Source of the DNA: the human T2T-CHM13v2.0 reference genome, Homo sapiens
DNA: 64,000 nucleotides
NCBI RefSeq assembly: GCF_009914755.1
Contig: NC_060927.1
Strand: one strand, 5' to 3'
This document shows, piece after piece, positions 53,515 through 64,000 of this stretch; positions within the stretch are counted from its first letter, which is position 1, and each line of letters starts with the position of its first letter. Below the pieces are notes generated by a model, which had not been told where the DNA came from, ran no database searches, and saw only the letters and a list, made by a program, of their open reading frames with translations. The translations under genes and the position numbers were made by a program.

Positions 53515-54196
53515 TTTTCTTTTTTTTCCAACTTTTAAGTTCAGGAATACATGTGTAGGATGTACAGGTTTGTTACATAGGTAAACATGTGCCATGGTGG
53601 TTTGCTGCACAGATCATCGCATGACCCAGGTATTAAGGCCAGCATCCCTTAGCTATTCTTCCTGATACTCTCCCTCCTCCTACCCTCAACTCCTCAACAG
53701 GCCCCAGTGTGTGTGCCCTGCAGTGTGTCCATGTGTTCTCATCATTCGGCTCCCACTTATAAATAAGAACACATGGTATTTGGTTTTCTGTTTCTGCATT
53801 AGTTTGCTAGAGATAATGGCCTCCAGCTCCATCCATGTCCCTGCAAAGAACATGATCTCATTCCTTTTTGTGGCTGTATAGTATTCCATGGTATGTGAGG
53901 TTGTGAAGAAAAAGGAATACTTTTACACTATTGGTGGAAGTGTAAATTAGTTCAGCCATTGTGGAAGACAGCATGGCAATTTCTCAAAGACACAGAAGGA
54001 GAAATACCATTCAACCCAGCAATCCCATTACTGGGTATGTATCCAAAGGAATATAAATCATTCTATTATAAAGATACATGCACATGTATGTTCACTGCAG
54101 CACTATTCACAAAAGCAAAGATGTTGAATCAACCTAAATACCCACCAGTGATAGACTTGATAAAGAAAATGTGATACATACACACAATGGAATACT
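53515..54196 (-). mobile_element. L1PA insertion with 5' inversion (twin priming)
   Basis: Antisense 3' end at 53515-53894 abuts a sense ORF2 C-terminal segment at 53895-54196 (WKTAWQFLKD..IPFNPAIPLLGMYPKEYKSFYYKDTCTCMF). TSD aagtttgccaattt / aagtttgctgattt. Confidence 0.9.
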
Positions 54197-54889
54197 AAGT
54201 TTGCTGATTTCTAACTTGCTGAAGTGTTCTCTGTGAACAACAGCAGACTAGAGCCAGACTGCCTGCTATCAAATCCCAGCTCCATCACTTACTAGCTGGG
54301 TAACCTTGAACAATTTACCCACCTTTGTTGTGCCTCAGTTTCCTCATGTGCGAAATAAGAATAACAGTAATAACCCTATTCTATCATATTGCTGTGAGGA
54401 ATAAAGTAGTTAACATGTAAAGTGTTTAGAACATTGCTAGGCACCTTACAGGTACCATATGTGTTAACTGTCATTTTTAATACCCCGGAAGGTAAAAGAC
54501 CCTTAATATTAATGTAAGGGAGCATCTCAAAATGTCTCATGAAGATAACACAAAAGTTCAGACCATAAAGAGTTAGGGTGAACTAGGAGTCTGGAGTCTG
54601 TGCCTGATGAATGTGTAGTCCCTGAGAAGGACAATACATTACACATTTTCTATCACTGACTCCTTCCTACTGCCCTTTGCCTCACAACCAGGCAGGTGTT
54701 TCCCCTGAAGCACAAGGAAATGTGTTTGTGTGTGTAAGAGGTGGGTTTGGGAGGCAGGGAGTGAGTTGAAGGAGCCACAGAGTAAATATGTGACATTTTT
54801 CTCCATGTCAGTTTTGTAAAGGCACAATATTTGTAAAGATTTATAAAGAAAAATATTATTATTGTTTTAAATCAATTTCTTTCTTATGG

Positions 54890-55252
54890 TGATACGGTTT
54901 GGCTGTGTCCCCACCCAAATCTCATCTTGAATTGTAGCTCCCATAATCCCCACGTGTCTTGGGAGAGACCTGGTGGGAGGTGATTGAATCACAGGGACAG
55001 GTGTTTCTGTGCTGTTCTCATGATGGTGAATAAGTCTCATGAGATCTGATGGTTTTATAAAAGGCAGTTTCCCTGCACATGCTCTTTTGCCTGCCACCAT
55101 GTAAGACGTGCCTTCGCTCCTCCTTTGCCTTCCACCGTAAGAGTGAGGCTTCTCCAGCCATGTGGAACTGTGAGTCCATTAAACCTCCTTTTCTTTATAA
55201 ATTACCCAGTCTCAAGTATTTCTTCATAGAAGTATGAAAATAGACTAATACA
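54890..55252 (+). mobile_element. THE1 MaLR solo LTR
   Basis: tgatacggtttggctgtgtcccc...gactaataca. 5-bp TSD tatgg at 54885-54889 and 55253-55257. Confidence 0.93.
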
Positions 55253-56521
55253 TATGGTATAGAACGTTTGCATACATTTTTATGATAAACCCAAAACTAT
55301 CTAATACTACTTGTTTTTGTAGCCACTTTAGTGGGTCATGTAGTAGAAGCAATGTCTTACCATGATAAACCTTGATGAATCATTCCTTAGCAGAAGATTC
55401 TAATGGAGAAAATAAGGGAAAACAGCCAACATTGTATGGGGAATGGGGAAGAGCCTCAGAAACAGCAAGGAAAGTCCCAAAGAAAGAGATTAAGGGCCCC
55501 AGATACAACCAGGCAATGTGTGGAATAGTGAAATAGGTACAAGGAAATAAAATGGGGCATCCTAGGGAAGACCCATGGAGACAGGACAGCCTCTTCTGTA
55601 ATGGCCCTTGCAGTGACAGTTGCCCAGCCACTACTGGGTCAGCCTCACATTTTAACATATAGAGTGACAGATGCTCTATTTTAAAATATTAACATTAATA
55701 TTTAAAATATTAAACTCCTCCTTGCTGGGTAATTCACTGTTGAAAAACTAAGAAAAGCAGTCTATTCTAACATACCAAGTTTTAAACTTACCTTTTGGTT
55801 AGTTAACAGATATCTGACAATATAAATAAGTGCCACAGAGCTAAAATGCATTTGAGACTGCCAGTGAGCTGAGCTGCATGAGTTAAGTGGAGGTTTTAAT
55901 ATCACTAACATTAAGAAAGCATCTCCTTCCAGACATGTGCCATGGCACAACCAGGAAGGAAGGCCAGCTCTACACTATTAAAGGAGCAATGAAGATTGCT
56001 TCCTGTTATAGCATGAAACTGGATTTACCAGCAGAAAATCTCATTAGGGTAAATATTTTTTTACTCTTATCAATCCTCTGCTAAGATTCTTGCTTTATTC
56101 CTTCATCTACAAGACAGAATTCCTTTTAAAATAGTTAGAAGCCTGTCCCAAGAAGCTGATACACAGACAGCTGTATAAATAAAAATCTCTAGACAGGATA
56201 ATAGAATAAGAAGTTATGTGTCAAGATTCCACATCCGTCTGTCTGACCAATAAGGATGACATTTACACAATTTAAAAGATCAGAAATTTAAGACTTGAGT
56301 CAGATATCTGCAATGCAATGACAGATGCTTCCAAGTATAAAAATAACTGTTCCACTAATGAATATAGAAATATTAGATGCCATGTAGAACTGGTGGGGTT
56401 TGGTTAAATTTATTTTTTAGCAACTCAATGAACATTAGGAAAACTATTCTTAGTGAGTATGTTGCCTAATACATCACATTCTGATAGGCCCAAAGGCTTG
56501 TTTCTTCAAATGATATAGATA

Positions 56522-58173
56522 CATAGGGTCTTCGAAAAGTTTGTGGAAAAATGTGTATTATGAAAAAACTGTGCATGGACTGCATATTTATTTTGTGCCA
56601 AAATAAACTCACACTAACTTGGTATAGCATGTCTAAACAAGATCTAGTTTGAGGCACTAAGAAGGATAAGATGTCAGTTTGAAAAGAGCCCCTGTCAAAG
56701 CAACATGATTTCTGCTAAAATTGAAGCAAGTCAAACATCAGATTTATAGTGAAGCTTGGGTGAAAGAATGGTGAAATTATTGATGCTTTATGAAAAGTTC
56801 ATGGTGACAGTGCCCCCAAAGAAACCAGCAGTTTAAAAACGGATAAATCATTTTAAGAATGGACAAGACAATGTTGAAGATGATGCCCACAGCAGCAAAC
56901 CATCCACATCAATTTGCAAGAAGAAAAATTCATCTTGCTTATGCCTGGATATGGTTCAGCTGCGTCCCCACCCAAATCTCATATTGAATTGTAACTCCCA
57001 CAATTCCCACGTGTTGTGGGAGGAACCTGGTGGGAGGTGACTTAATATGAGGCAGGTCTTTCCTGTGCGGTTCTCATGATGGTAAATGAGTCTCATGAGA
57101 GCTAATGGTTTTAAATACAGGAGTTTCCCTGCACAACCTCTCTTTTCTTTGCCTGTTGCCATCCATGTAAGACGTGACTTGCTCCTCCATGTCTTCCTCC
57201 CCAGCCATATGGAACTGTTAAGTCCAGTAAACCTCTTTCTTTTGTAAATTGCCCAGTCTCAGTTATGTCTTTATCAGCAGCATGAAGATGGACTAATACA
57301 TGACCTAATTAAAGAAGACCAATGATTAACAGTGGAAAGAATATCCAACACCGTAGATATCTCAGTTGGTTCAGTTTACACAATTCTGACTGAAATATTG
57401 AAGTTGAGCAAAGTTTTCTTTCCATGGGTACCAAAACCATTGCACACAATGCTGCTGCAGACAAGAGCAGAGCTTTCACTGGAAACTTTAAACAAGTGGA
57501 ATCAAGATGCTGAAGCATTTCTTTGAAGAATTGTAACAGGGGATAAGCATGGCTTTTCCAGTATGATCCTGAAGACAAAGCAAAATCAAAGCAATGGCTA
57601 CCAAGAGATGCAAGTGGTCCAGTCAAAGAAAAAGCAGACTGGTCAAGAGCAAAGGTCATGGCAACAGCTTTTTGGGATGCTCAAGGCATTTTGCTTGTTG
57701 ACATTTTGGTGGACCAAAGAATGATAATGTTTGCTTATTATGAGAGTGTTTTTGAGAAAGTTAGTTAAGGCTTTAGAGGAAAAACATCTGGGAACGCTTT
57801 ATCAGAGAGTCCTTCTCCATCATGACAATGTTCCTGCTCAAACAAAGGCAATTTTGCAAGAGTTTTGATGGGAAATCATGAGGGATCCATCTTGCAGTCC
57901 TGATTTGGCTCCTTCTGCCTTCTTTTTTTGTTTCTTAATCTTAAAAATAATCTTCAAAGGGGACCCATTTTTCTTTAGTTAATAATGTGAAAAGACTATT
58001 GATATAGTTAAATTTCTAGGACCCTCAGTTTTTTAGGGGTGAACTAAATGGCTGGTACCACTGCTTACAAAAGTGCCTTGAACTTGATGGGGCTTAAGTT
58101 GAGAAATAAAGTTTATACTTTGTATTGTCATCTTTTAATTTCATCTTTCCATGAAATTTTTGAGGTCCCTTCA
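56522..58173 (+). mobile_element. Full-length HSMAR2 mariner transposon (dead transposase), interrupted by THE1
   Basis: Inverted ends ta|catagggtcttcgaaaagtttgtggaaa ... tttccatgaaatttttgaggtcccttca|ta. ATG at 56705. Remnants WVPKPL, RIVTGD, YDPEDKAKSKQW, AKVMATAFWDAQGILLVD, HHDN and SPDLAPS, with stops and frameshifts. Confidence 0.93.
56947..57300 (+). mobile_element. THE1 solo LTR nested in HSMAR2
   Basis: gatatggttcagctgcgtccccacccaaatctc...ggactaataca. The mariner sequence resumes directly afterwards. Confidence 0.92.
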
Positions 58174-58559
58174 TATTGTTAACCCTCTATGTGCATCAAA
58201 TCACATAATCAAAAGAGTTTGCATGAAATACAAATGTGGATGAAGAAAAAGGGATAAAGATATTTTGCTTCATTCTGTTTGAGCTTGGGGGCTAGTGGGT
58301 AGGGCTGGTTTTAGAGAGAAATTTAAAACTGGCTTCATCAAATTTTCATCCTCCTGAACCTGATTTTTTCAAACATAAAGTGGGAATGTAATAATACCAC
58401 CTCATACGGCTGTGGCAAAACATAAATGCAGTAATGGAAAAATTCCCAGCCCAGAGCCAAGCACAAGGTAGGCACTCAGTAGAGTCCATGCCCTCTCTGT
58501 CCCTCTGTTGCCATGTGGCCTAGGAACCCAGCTCCCTGGTGTGACCCACAAGACCCAAT

Positions 58560-59109
58560 CTAAGCAGAGTAGAAATTGTTGCTTGTCTACCCAGCAGCCA
58601 CCCTGCTTTCTCAGGTGCCCAAATTTTCATATGGGGGTGACTCTTTTCCAAGATTGCCAGTTGACCCAGAGGAAGACTGCATTACTCTCTCCTTGCCACT
58701 CCTTGGTTGCAAGGTAGGCTCTGGGTTGTAAGCTAAATGATCCTTTTGTTTTTCCCCTTTGGCCAGAGTCATTGGTTTATGTGACAGGAACAGCCTAGAG
58801 TAAATCTCAGAAGTCTTTCTTGGAATGATGAAGCAGAGGGCCCAGCTGAATTAGGTGCAAGGAAGCACATGACCTCACACGTTACTGACAGCCACACCAG
58901 TGCCACAAGGGAAACCAGCCTGGGGATAGCAGAGTGGAGGGTTAGACAAAAGATTGGTCCTCAGTGATTTGTGGGAACAATCATTCCTGAAGCACCATGT
59001 GACTGCATTTCCAGTGACATGAGCAGATAAATCTTTTACAATTTAAGACTTCCAATTGAGTTTTCAATAACTTACTCCATTTAAAAAGAAAAAAAACCTA
59101 ATTAATACA
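58560..59109 (+). mobile_element. Old MLT1-like LTR
   Basis: catttccagtgacatgagcagataaatc...ttgagttttcaataactt...cctaattaataca end. Confidence 0.5.
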
Positions 59110-60080
59110 TCAAGAAGTTAGAGACATCTTTATTTCTCAGTAAGAAATACTGCAACCCAAAGCTCAAGAGAATTGCAAAATAAAAAAACTAACAATTCTT
59201 AAAGATATTATCTTTAGACATTTTTATATATTATAGTTAAATGAAGGGTAACAACAACTTATATCTTTCCACATGTTGCTGATTAGGTTTATTAATTGTT
59301 TCTGATATATAAAAAAGTCTCGTTTAGCTATTCTAAGTTAGAATAAATTGGATCTATCAAATAAACCTACAGAGTAGGTTAATTTCCTTATTTATTTCTG
59401 TATACGTTTTGTAGATCATTCATTCTGGTACATTCACTGGAAAAATCAGGTTATTGAAAATCAGATGTTTGTGGAAGTATCATCATCAATGGCAGTGATG
59501 AGTAACTGGTAACACCTGCTTTGAAAATTTTCTAGGTCAAAACTATCTTGACCACGTTCTATGATAGAATTTGAGGGGCTTCACTGACTACATATCAATA
59601 TACTAGCATAGACTGCAGCAGTTGAGTCTCATACAGGGATAAGATAGCCTTCTAACCAGGCAAATGTCCTGAAGTAGGCCTTTCCGTCTCTACTAGAGGC
59701 CGCTGTCATTGTCATCTGCTCCTTTGATTTCTAAAATATAATTACCCTCAATACAGAACACCAGTATGACAAGGGGAAAACATTAATAATGCATGAGATT
59801 CCATAGTCAGCTTCCATTCTCCTCCTCGGGGAACTGCTATTTACCTCCATAGAAACAAAAGGAAGGGAAAATGAGAGTCCAAAAAGCCTGCACAGGCAAG
59901 AAGAAACCATTTAGAATATTTTTTAGAATATTAAGTAAGTAGGAATAAAAAGATTTTAAAAGATGTGCAAGGAGTATATGGTATATGAATAAATTTATAA
60001 AACTTTACTGAAAGACATTATAGGAGATTGAATAAATGCAGATATATCCTAAGTCCATGGACAGGAAGACTTAGTACCTT

Positions 60081-60388
60081 TTTTTTTTTTTTTTTTTTTT
60101 TTTTTGAGAGGAGTCTCGCTCTGTTGCCCAGGCTGGAAATCGCAATGATGTGGTCTTGGCTCACTGCAACCTCTGCCTGCGAGGTTCAAGGGATTCTCGT
60201 GCCTGAGCCTCCTGAGGATCTGGGATTACAGGCATGTGCCACCATGCCTGGCTAATTACTGTATTTTTAGTAGAGACGGGGTTTCACCATGTTGCCCAGG
60301 CTGGTCTTGAACTCCCGGCCTCAGGTGATCCACCCCCCTCAGCCTCCCAAAGTGCAGGGATTACAGGCGTGAGCCACTGCGCCCGGCC
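60081..60388 (-). mobile_element. Full-length AluS element
   Basis: Antisense Alu with a long poly-T. 13-bp TSD gacttagtacctt at 60068-60080 and 60390-60402. Confidence 0.95.
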
Positions 60389-60410
60389 TGACTTAGTACC
60401 TTAAAGATGC

Positions 60411-60764
60411 TGTATTAGTCCATTTTCATGCTGCTGATAAAGACATATCCGAGACTGGGAAGAAAAAGATGTTTAATGGGACTTACAGTTCCACATGGCT
60501 GGGGAGGTCTCAGAATCATGGTGGGAGGTGAATGGCACTTCTTACATGGTGGCAGGAAGAGAAAACGAGGAAGAAGCAAAAGCAGAAACCCCTGATAAAC
60601 CTACCATATCTTGTGAGACTTATTAACTATCATGAGAATAGCACGGGAAAGACCAGCCCCCATGATTCAATTACCTCCCTCTGGGTCCCTCCCGCAACAT
60701 GTGGGAATTCTGGGAGATACAATTCAAGTGGAGATTTGGGTGGGGACACAGCCAAACCATATCA
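60411..60764 (-). mobile_element. THE1 solo LTR
   Basis: tgtattagtcc...gccaaaccatatca. 5-bp TSD gatgc at 60406-60410 and 60765-60769. Confidence 0.93.
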
Positions 60765-61188
60765 GATGCCAATTCTGCTAAATGTGCCCTATTCCAACCA
60801 AAATCCTTCCAAGCTTTTAAAATAATTTGATAAGCTAATTATAAAATATATAAGAAAGGGTAATGGGCCAAGAAGAGCCAAATGACTCCTGAAAATGGGT
60901 AAAGTGGAAGGGAAGGACATGCCCTATCACAGTACCAGCACTCATTATGAAACCTCAGTAATTAAGGAAGGTACTGGCTATGGGATAAATTGATGTAATA
61001 TAATATTAGTCCCTATAATAGAGACTCCAGAAACAGACACTAGCATTTATAAAACATTGATATTTGACAAAAGTACTCTAGAACATCAGTGGGAAAAGAA
61101 GGGACTATTCAATAAATGGACATGGAAAAAGTGGCATTCTATTTTCTATAATATGAAAAAAAAATGAAACCAGATCCCTACCTTACAA

Positions 61189-61190
<2 letters not shown>

Positions 61191-61230
<40 letters not shown>
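61191..61230. repeat. (AC)20 microsatellite
   Basis: Read directly. Confidence 0.97.
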
Positions 61231-61233
<3 letters not shown>

Positions 61234-62404
61234 TTCAAGATGAATCAGAAACTTAGGTGACAAGAACAAAACTTTACAAATTTTAGAAGGACAAATAATT
61301 CTTTTTCAAATTTTAACATTTTCATTTGTGTCAGGGAAATATCCCACATCAGGGTAAGACCCATGTTCAAACTATAAAAGTTGCTTTTTTACAGACTGAG
61401 TTAGTTCAGTAACATTGCCAAAGGAACCCCCAGGATGCTAAGAGGATCAGTGTCCTACAACCTAGTAATGATAAAACTTTTAGCTTCACAAATGAAGATA
61501 TAAGTCAGGTATCTAGGAAAGTTGCACAGTCCTGTAATTTCAGTTCACTTAGGTTTGTTTGTTTGTTTAAATTTGTTCATTGCCTTGCTCCAGATAAAAT
61601 TTAAACTGATGGGTTTACTTTCATTTTGAGTGTTTTTAAATGAATTAGAATTCATTGCACTATTCACAAATCCTATAGAATTTGACATATGCAATAATAG
61701 CATTGTACTCTATACTCATTGTGGATGCCACCTCACTTTTATCAGGATAGAATAACCTCTTTAATTACTACCATTTAGCATTAACCAAACACAGCAAACT
61801 GATTACTTGGAATCACCAGGTTTTAGTAGAAAACGGTGGGGCTATATTTAGATTATGTTGAAAGAAAAGGTGCAATTTTGTGAACCATATTCTACATAAT
61901 TATTTCTTGGAGCATGTCAGCAGGCAGTGGTAAGTCTAGGTGAGAAGCTGGAAAAACTGGGGGTGGTGATAAAAGAATTACAGGGAAATAATGAGGATAG
62001 AGTAGAAAGCTCTCTTATTGCTTTGGGCAAGTCACTTCGCCATTCTTATCTAAATGTAAGATGAACAACTGCTGTCTTGCTAGGATTAAAGAGTACATGT
62101 CTGGTGGAGCAAGAAATAATATTAAGAGGATATAGCATCCCATAGCCTCCCCTTGTAGGGAGAGTTGTACAAGGAGTGAGCAGAGTTCCCAGGACAGCCT
62201 GTGTCTGTCTGTTTGGGAGAAATCACAGCAAGGTCAAGCTCTCAATTCAGGGAACTGTTCTTACTTGCAAGTTCTACAAATGGGAATTTTAGGTTCTAAA
62301 GTTTTATTTTCTTAGAGATGAGGTGAAAGATAAAGGTGGAGGGAAAGATCACAGGGGCAATGCCACAAAGCTCAAACAAGACCAAATAATCTCTCAACCT
62401 CCAT

Positions 62405-64000
62405 TTATTTATTCTCTTATTATTATTTTTAGTTGACACATAAAAATTGTACATATTTATGGAGCACAGTGTGATATTTTGCTACCTGTATACAATGTGT
62501 TGTGATCAAATCAAAGTCATTAACATATCCATCACCTCAAACATTTATCATTTCTTTGTGTTGGAAACATTCAAAATACTCTATTCTAGCTATTTGAAAA
62601 TATAGAACAAACAATTGTTAACTATAGTCTCCCTACAAAGCTACAGAACACTAGAACTTATTCCTCCTATCTGGCAGTAATATTGTGTTTATTAACCAAA
62701 CTCTCCGTATCCTCCTTTCCCTCCCACTCATCCCAGCCTCTAGTTACCACTATTCTTTTCTCTGCTTCTATGAGATCAACTGATTTAGCTTCCACATATG
62801 AGTGAGATAAATATGAGTATTTATCTTTCTGCACCTGGCTTATTTCACATAATATAATGTCCACCAGGCTTATCCATGTTGCCACAAATGACAGTATTTA
62901 ATTCTTTTTTAGGGCTGAATAATATTCCATTGAGTATCTATAACACATTTTCTTTATCAATTCATCTGTTGATGAACACTTAGGTTGATTCCATATCTTG
63001 GCTAGTGTGAATTGTGCCGAAATAAACATGAGAGTGCAGGTATCTCTTCAACATATGATTTCCTTTCCTTTGGATATATAATCAGTAGTGAAACTGATGG
63101 ATCATATGGTAGTTCTAATTCTAGTTTTTTGAGAAACTTCCATACTATTCTGCATAATAGCTGTACTAATATACATTCCTACCAACAGCATATGATTTTC
63201 CTTTTCTCCACATTCTTGCCAGCATTTTTTTTTGTCTTTTTGATGGTAGCCAGTCTAATGGGTAAGATGGTATCTTATGCCTTGTTTTTGTTTTTTTAGA
63301 GACAGGGGCTTCCTGTTGGCCCGTTGTATGTCTTCTTTAGAGGAATATTTATTCAGATCATTTGCCCATTTTTAAATTGGATTACTTGTTTTGTTTTTGT
63401 TTTTTTTGTTTTTTTTTTTTTGCTGCTGAGTTGTTTGAATTCCTTGTATATTCTGAAAATTAATTCCTTGTTAGATGAATAATTCACAAATATTTTCTCC
63501 CATTCTCTAGGTTGTCTCTTTACACTGTTGATTAGCTCCTTTGCTGTGCAGAAGCTTTTAGTTTAATATAATTCCATTTGTCTGTTTTTGTTTTTGTTGC
63601 TTGTGCTTTTGAGGTCTTTCCCATAAAATCTTTGTCCAGACCAATTTCCTGAAGCATTTCCCCTGTTTTCTTCTAGTAGTGTCATAGCTTCAGGTCAGGT
63701 CTTACATTTAGGTCTTTAATCCATTTTGGGTTGATTTTTGTACATGATGAGAAATAGGAATATAGTTTCATTTTTCTGCACATGGATATCCAGTTTTCCC
63801 AGAACTATTTATTGAAGAGAATTCCCTTTCCCCCAGTGAATGTTCCTGGAACCTTTGTCAAAAATCTGTTGGCTGTAAATATGTGAATTTATTTCTAGTC
63901 TATTCCATTGATCTATGTGTCTGTTTTTATGCCAGTATCACACTATTTTAGTTACTATATCTTTGTAGTATATTTTCAGGTCAAGTAGTATGATATCTCC
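62405..64000 (-). mobile_element. L1MA-like element, 3' end and ORF2, running off the window
   Basis: ttgtacatatttatggagcacagtgtgatattt...tttagcttccacatatgagtgag...ttgctgtgcagaagctttt...ctgcacatggatatccagttttcc. Confidence 0.88.

Larger units (their letters stand above)
59930..61290 (+). mobile_element. Old L1M ORF2 fragment hosting Alu and THE1 insertions
   Basis: actttactgaaagacatt...gagactccagaaacagac...gggactattcaataaatgg are L1 ORF2-type stretches. Confidence 0.7.

Noticed and set aside
55676-55714. AT-rich quasi-palindrome and short direct repeat
   Set aside because: Low-complexity A/T sequence, expected in this background.
33477-64000. Next KCNAB1 exon (EIVRAMTHVINQG...)
   Set aside because: Not seen on reading the sequence. 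It probably lies beyond the window, so its absence is not evidence of truncation or pseudogenisation.

Overview
Primate (most likely human) genomic DNA from inside KCNAB1, the voltage-gated K+ channel beta-1 subunit (Kvbeta1, aldo-keto reductase family AKR6), on the + strand. Six small coding exons with GT-AG borders (38, 80, 45, 45, 44 and 87 nt; 11555-33476) splice in frame to [114 protein letters not shown] did not find the preceding or following exon in the window. The rest is intron, densely layered with transposon fossils: a near-full-length Charlie8-type hAT element, a full-length HSMAR2 mariner split by a THE1 LTR, a long HAL1, three THE1 LTRs, Alus, L1/L2/MIR fragments and MITEs. Nearly all ORFs in the supplied track are spurious. 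I see no evidence of a novel multi-gene system. The most interesting observations are local: a templated inverted insertion flanked by a 32-bp duplication, two twin-primed L1 inversions, two 48-bp tandem duplications, a candidate in-frame alternative acceptor, and a phase-compatible exon block that would give a stop-free circRNA. Repeat family names come from recalled consensus sequences rather than a search, and repeat boundaries are approximate unless a TSD is quoted.
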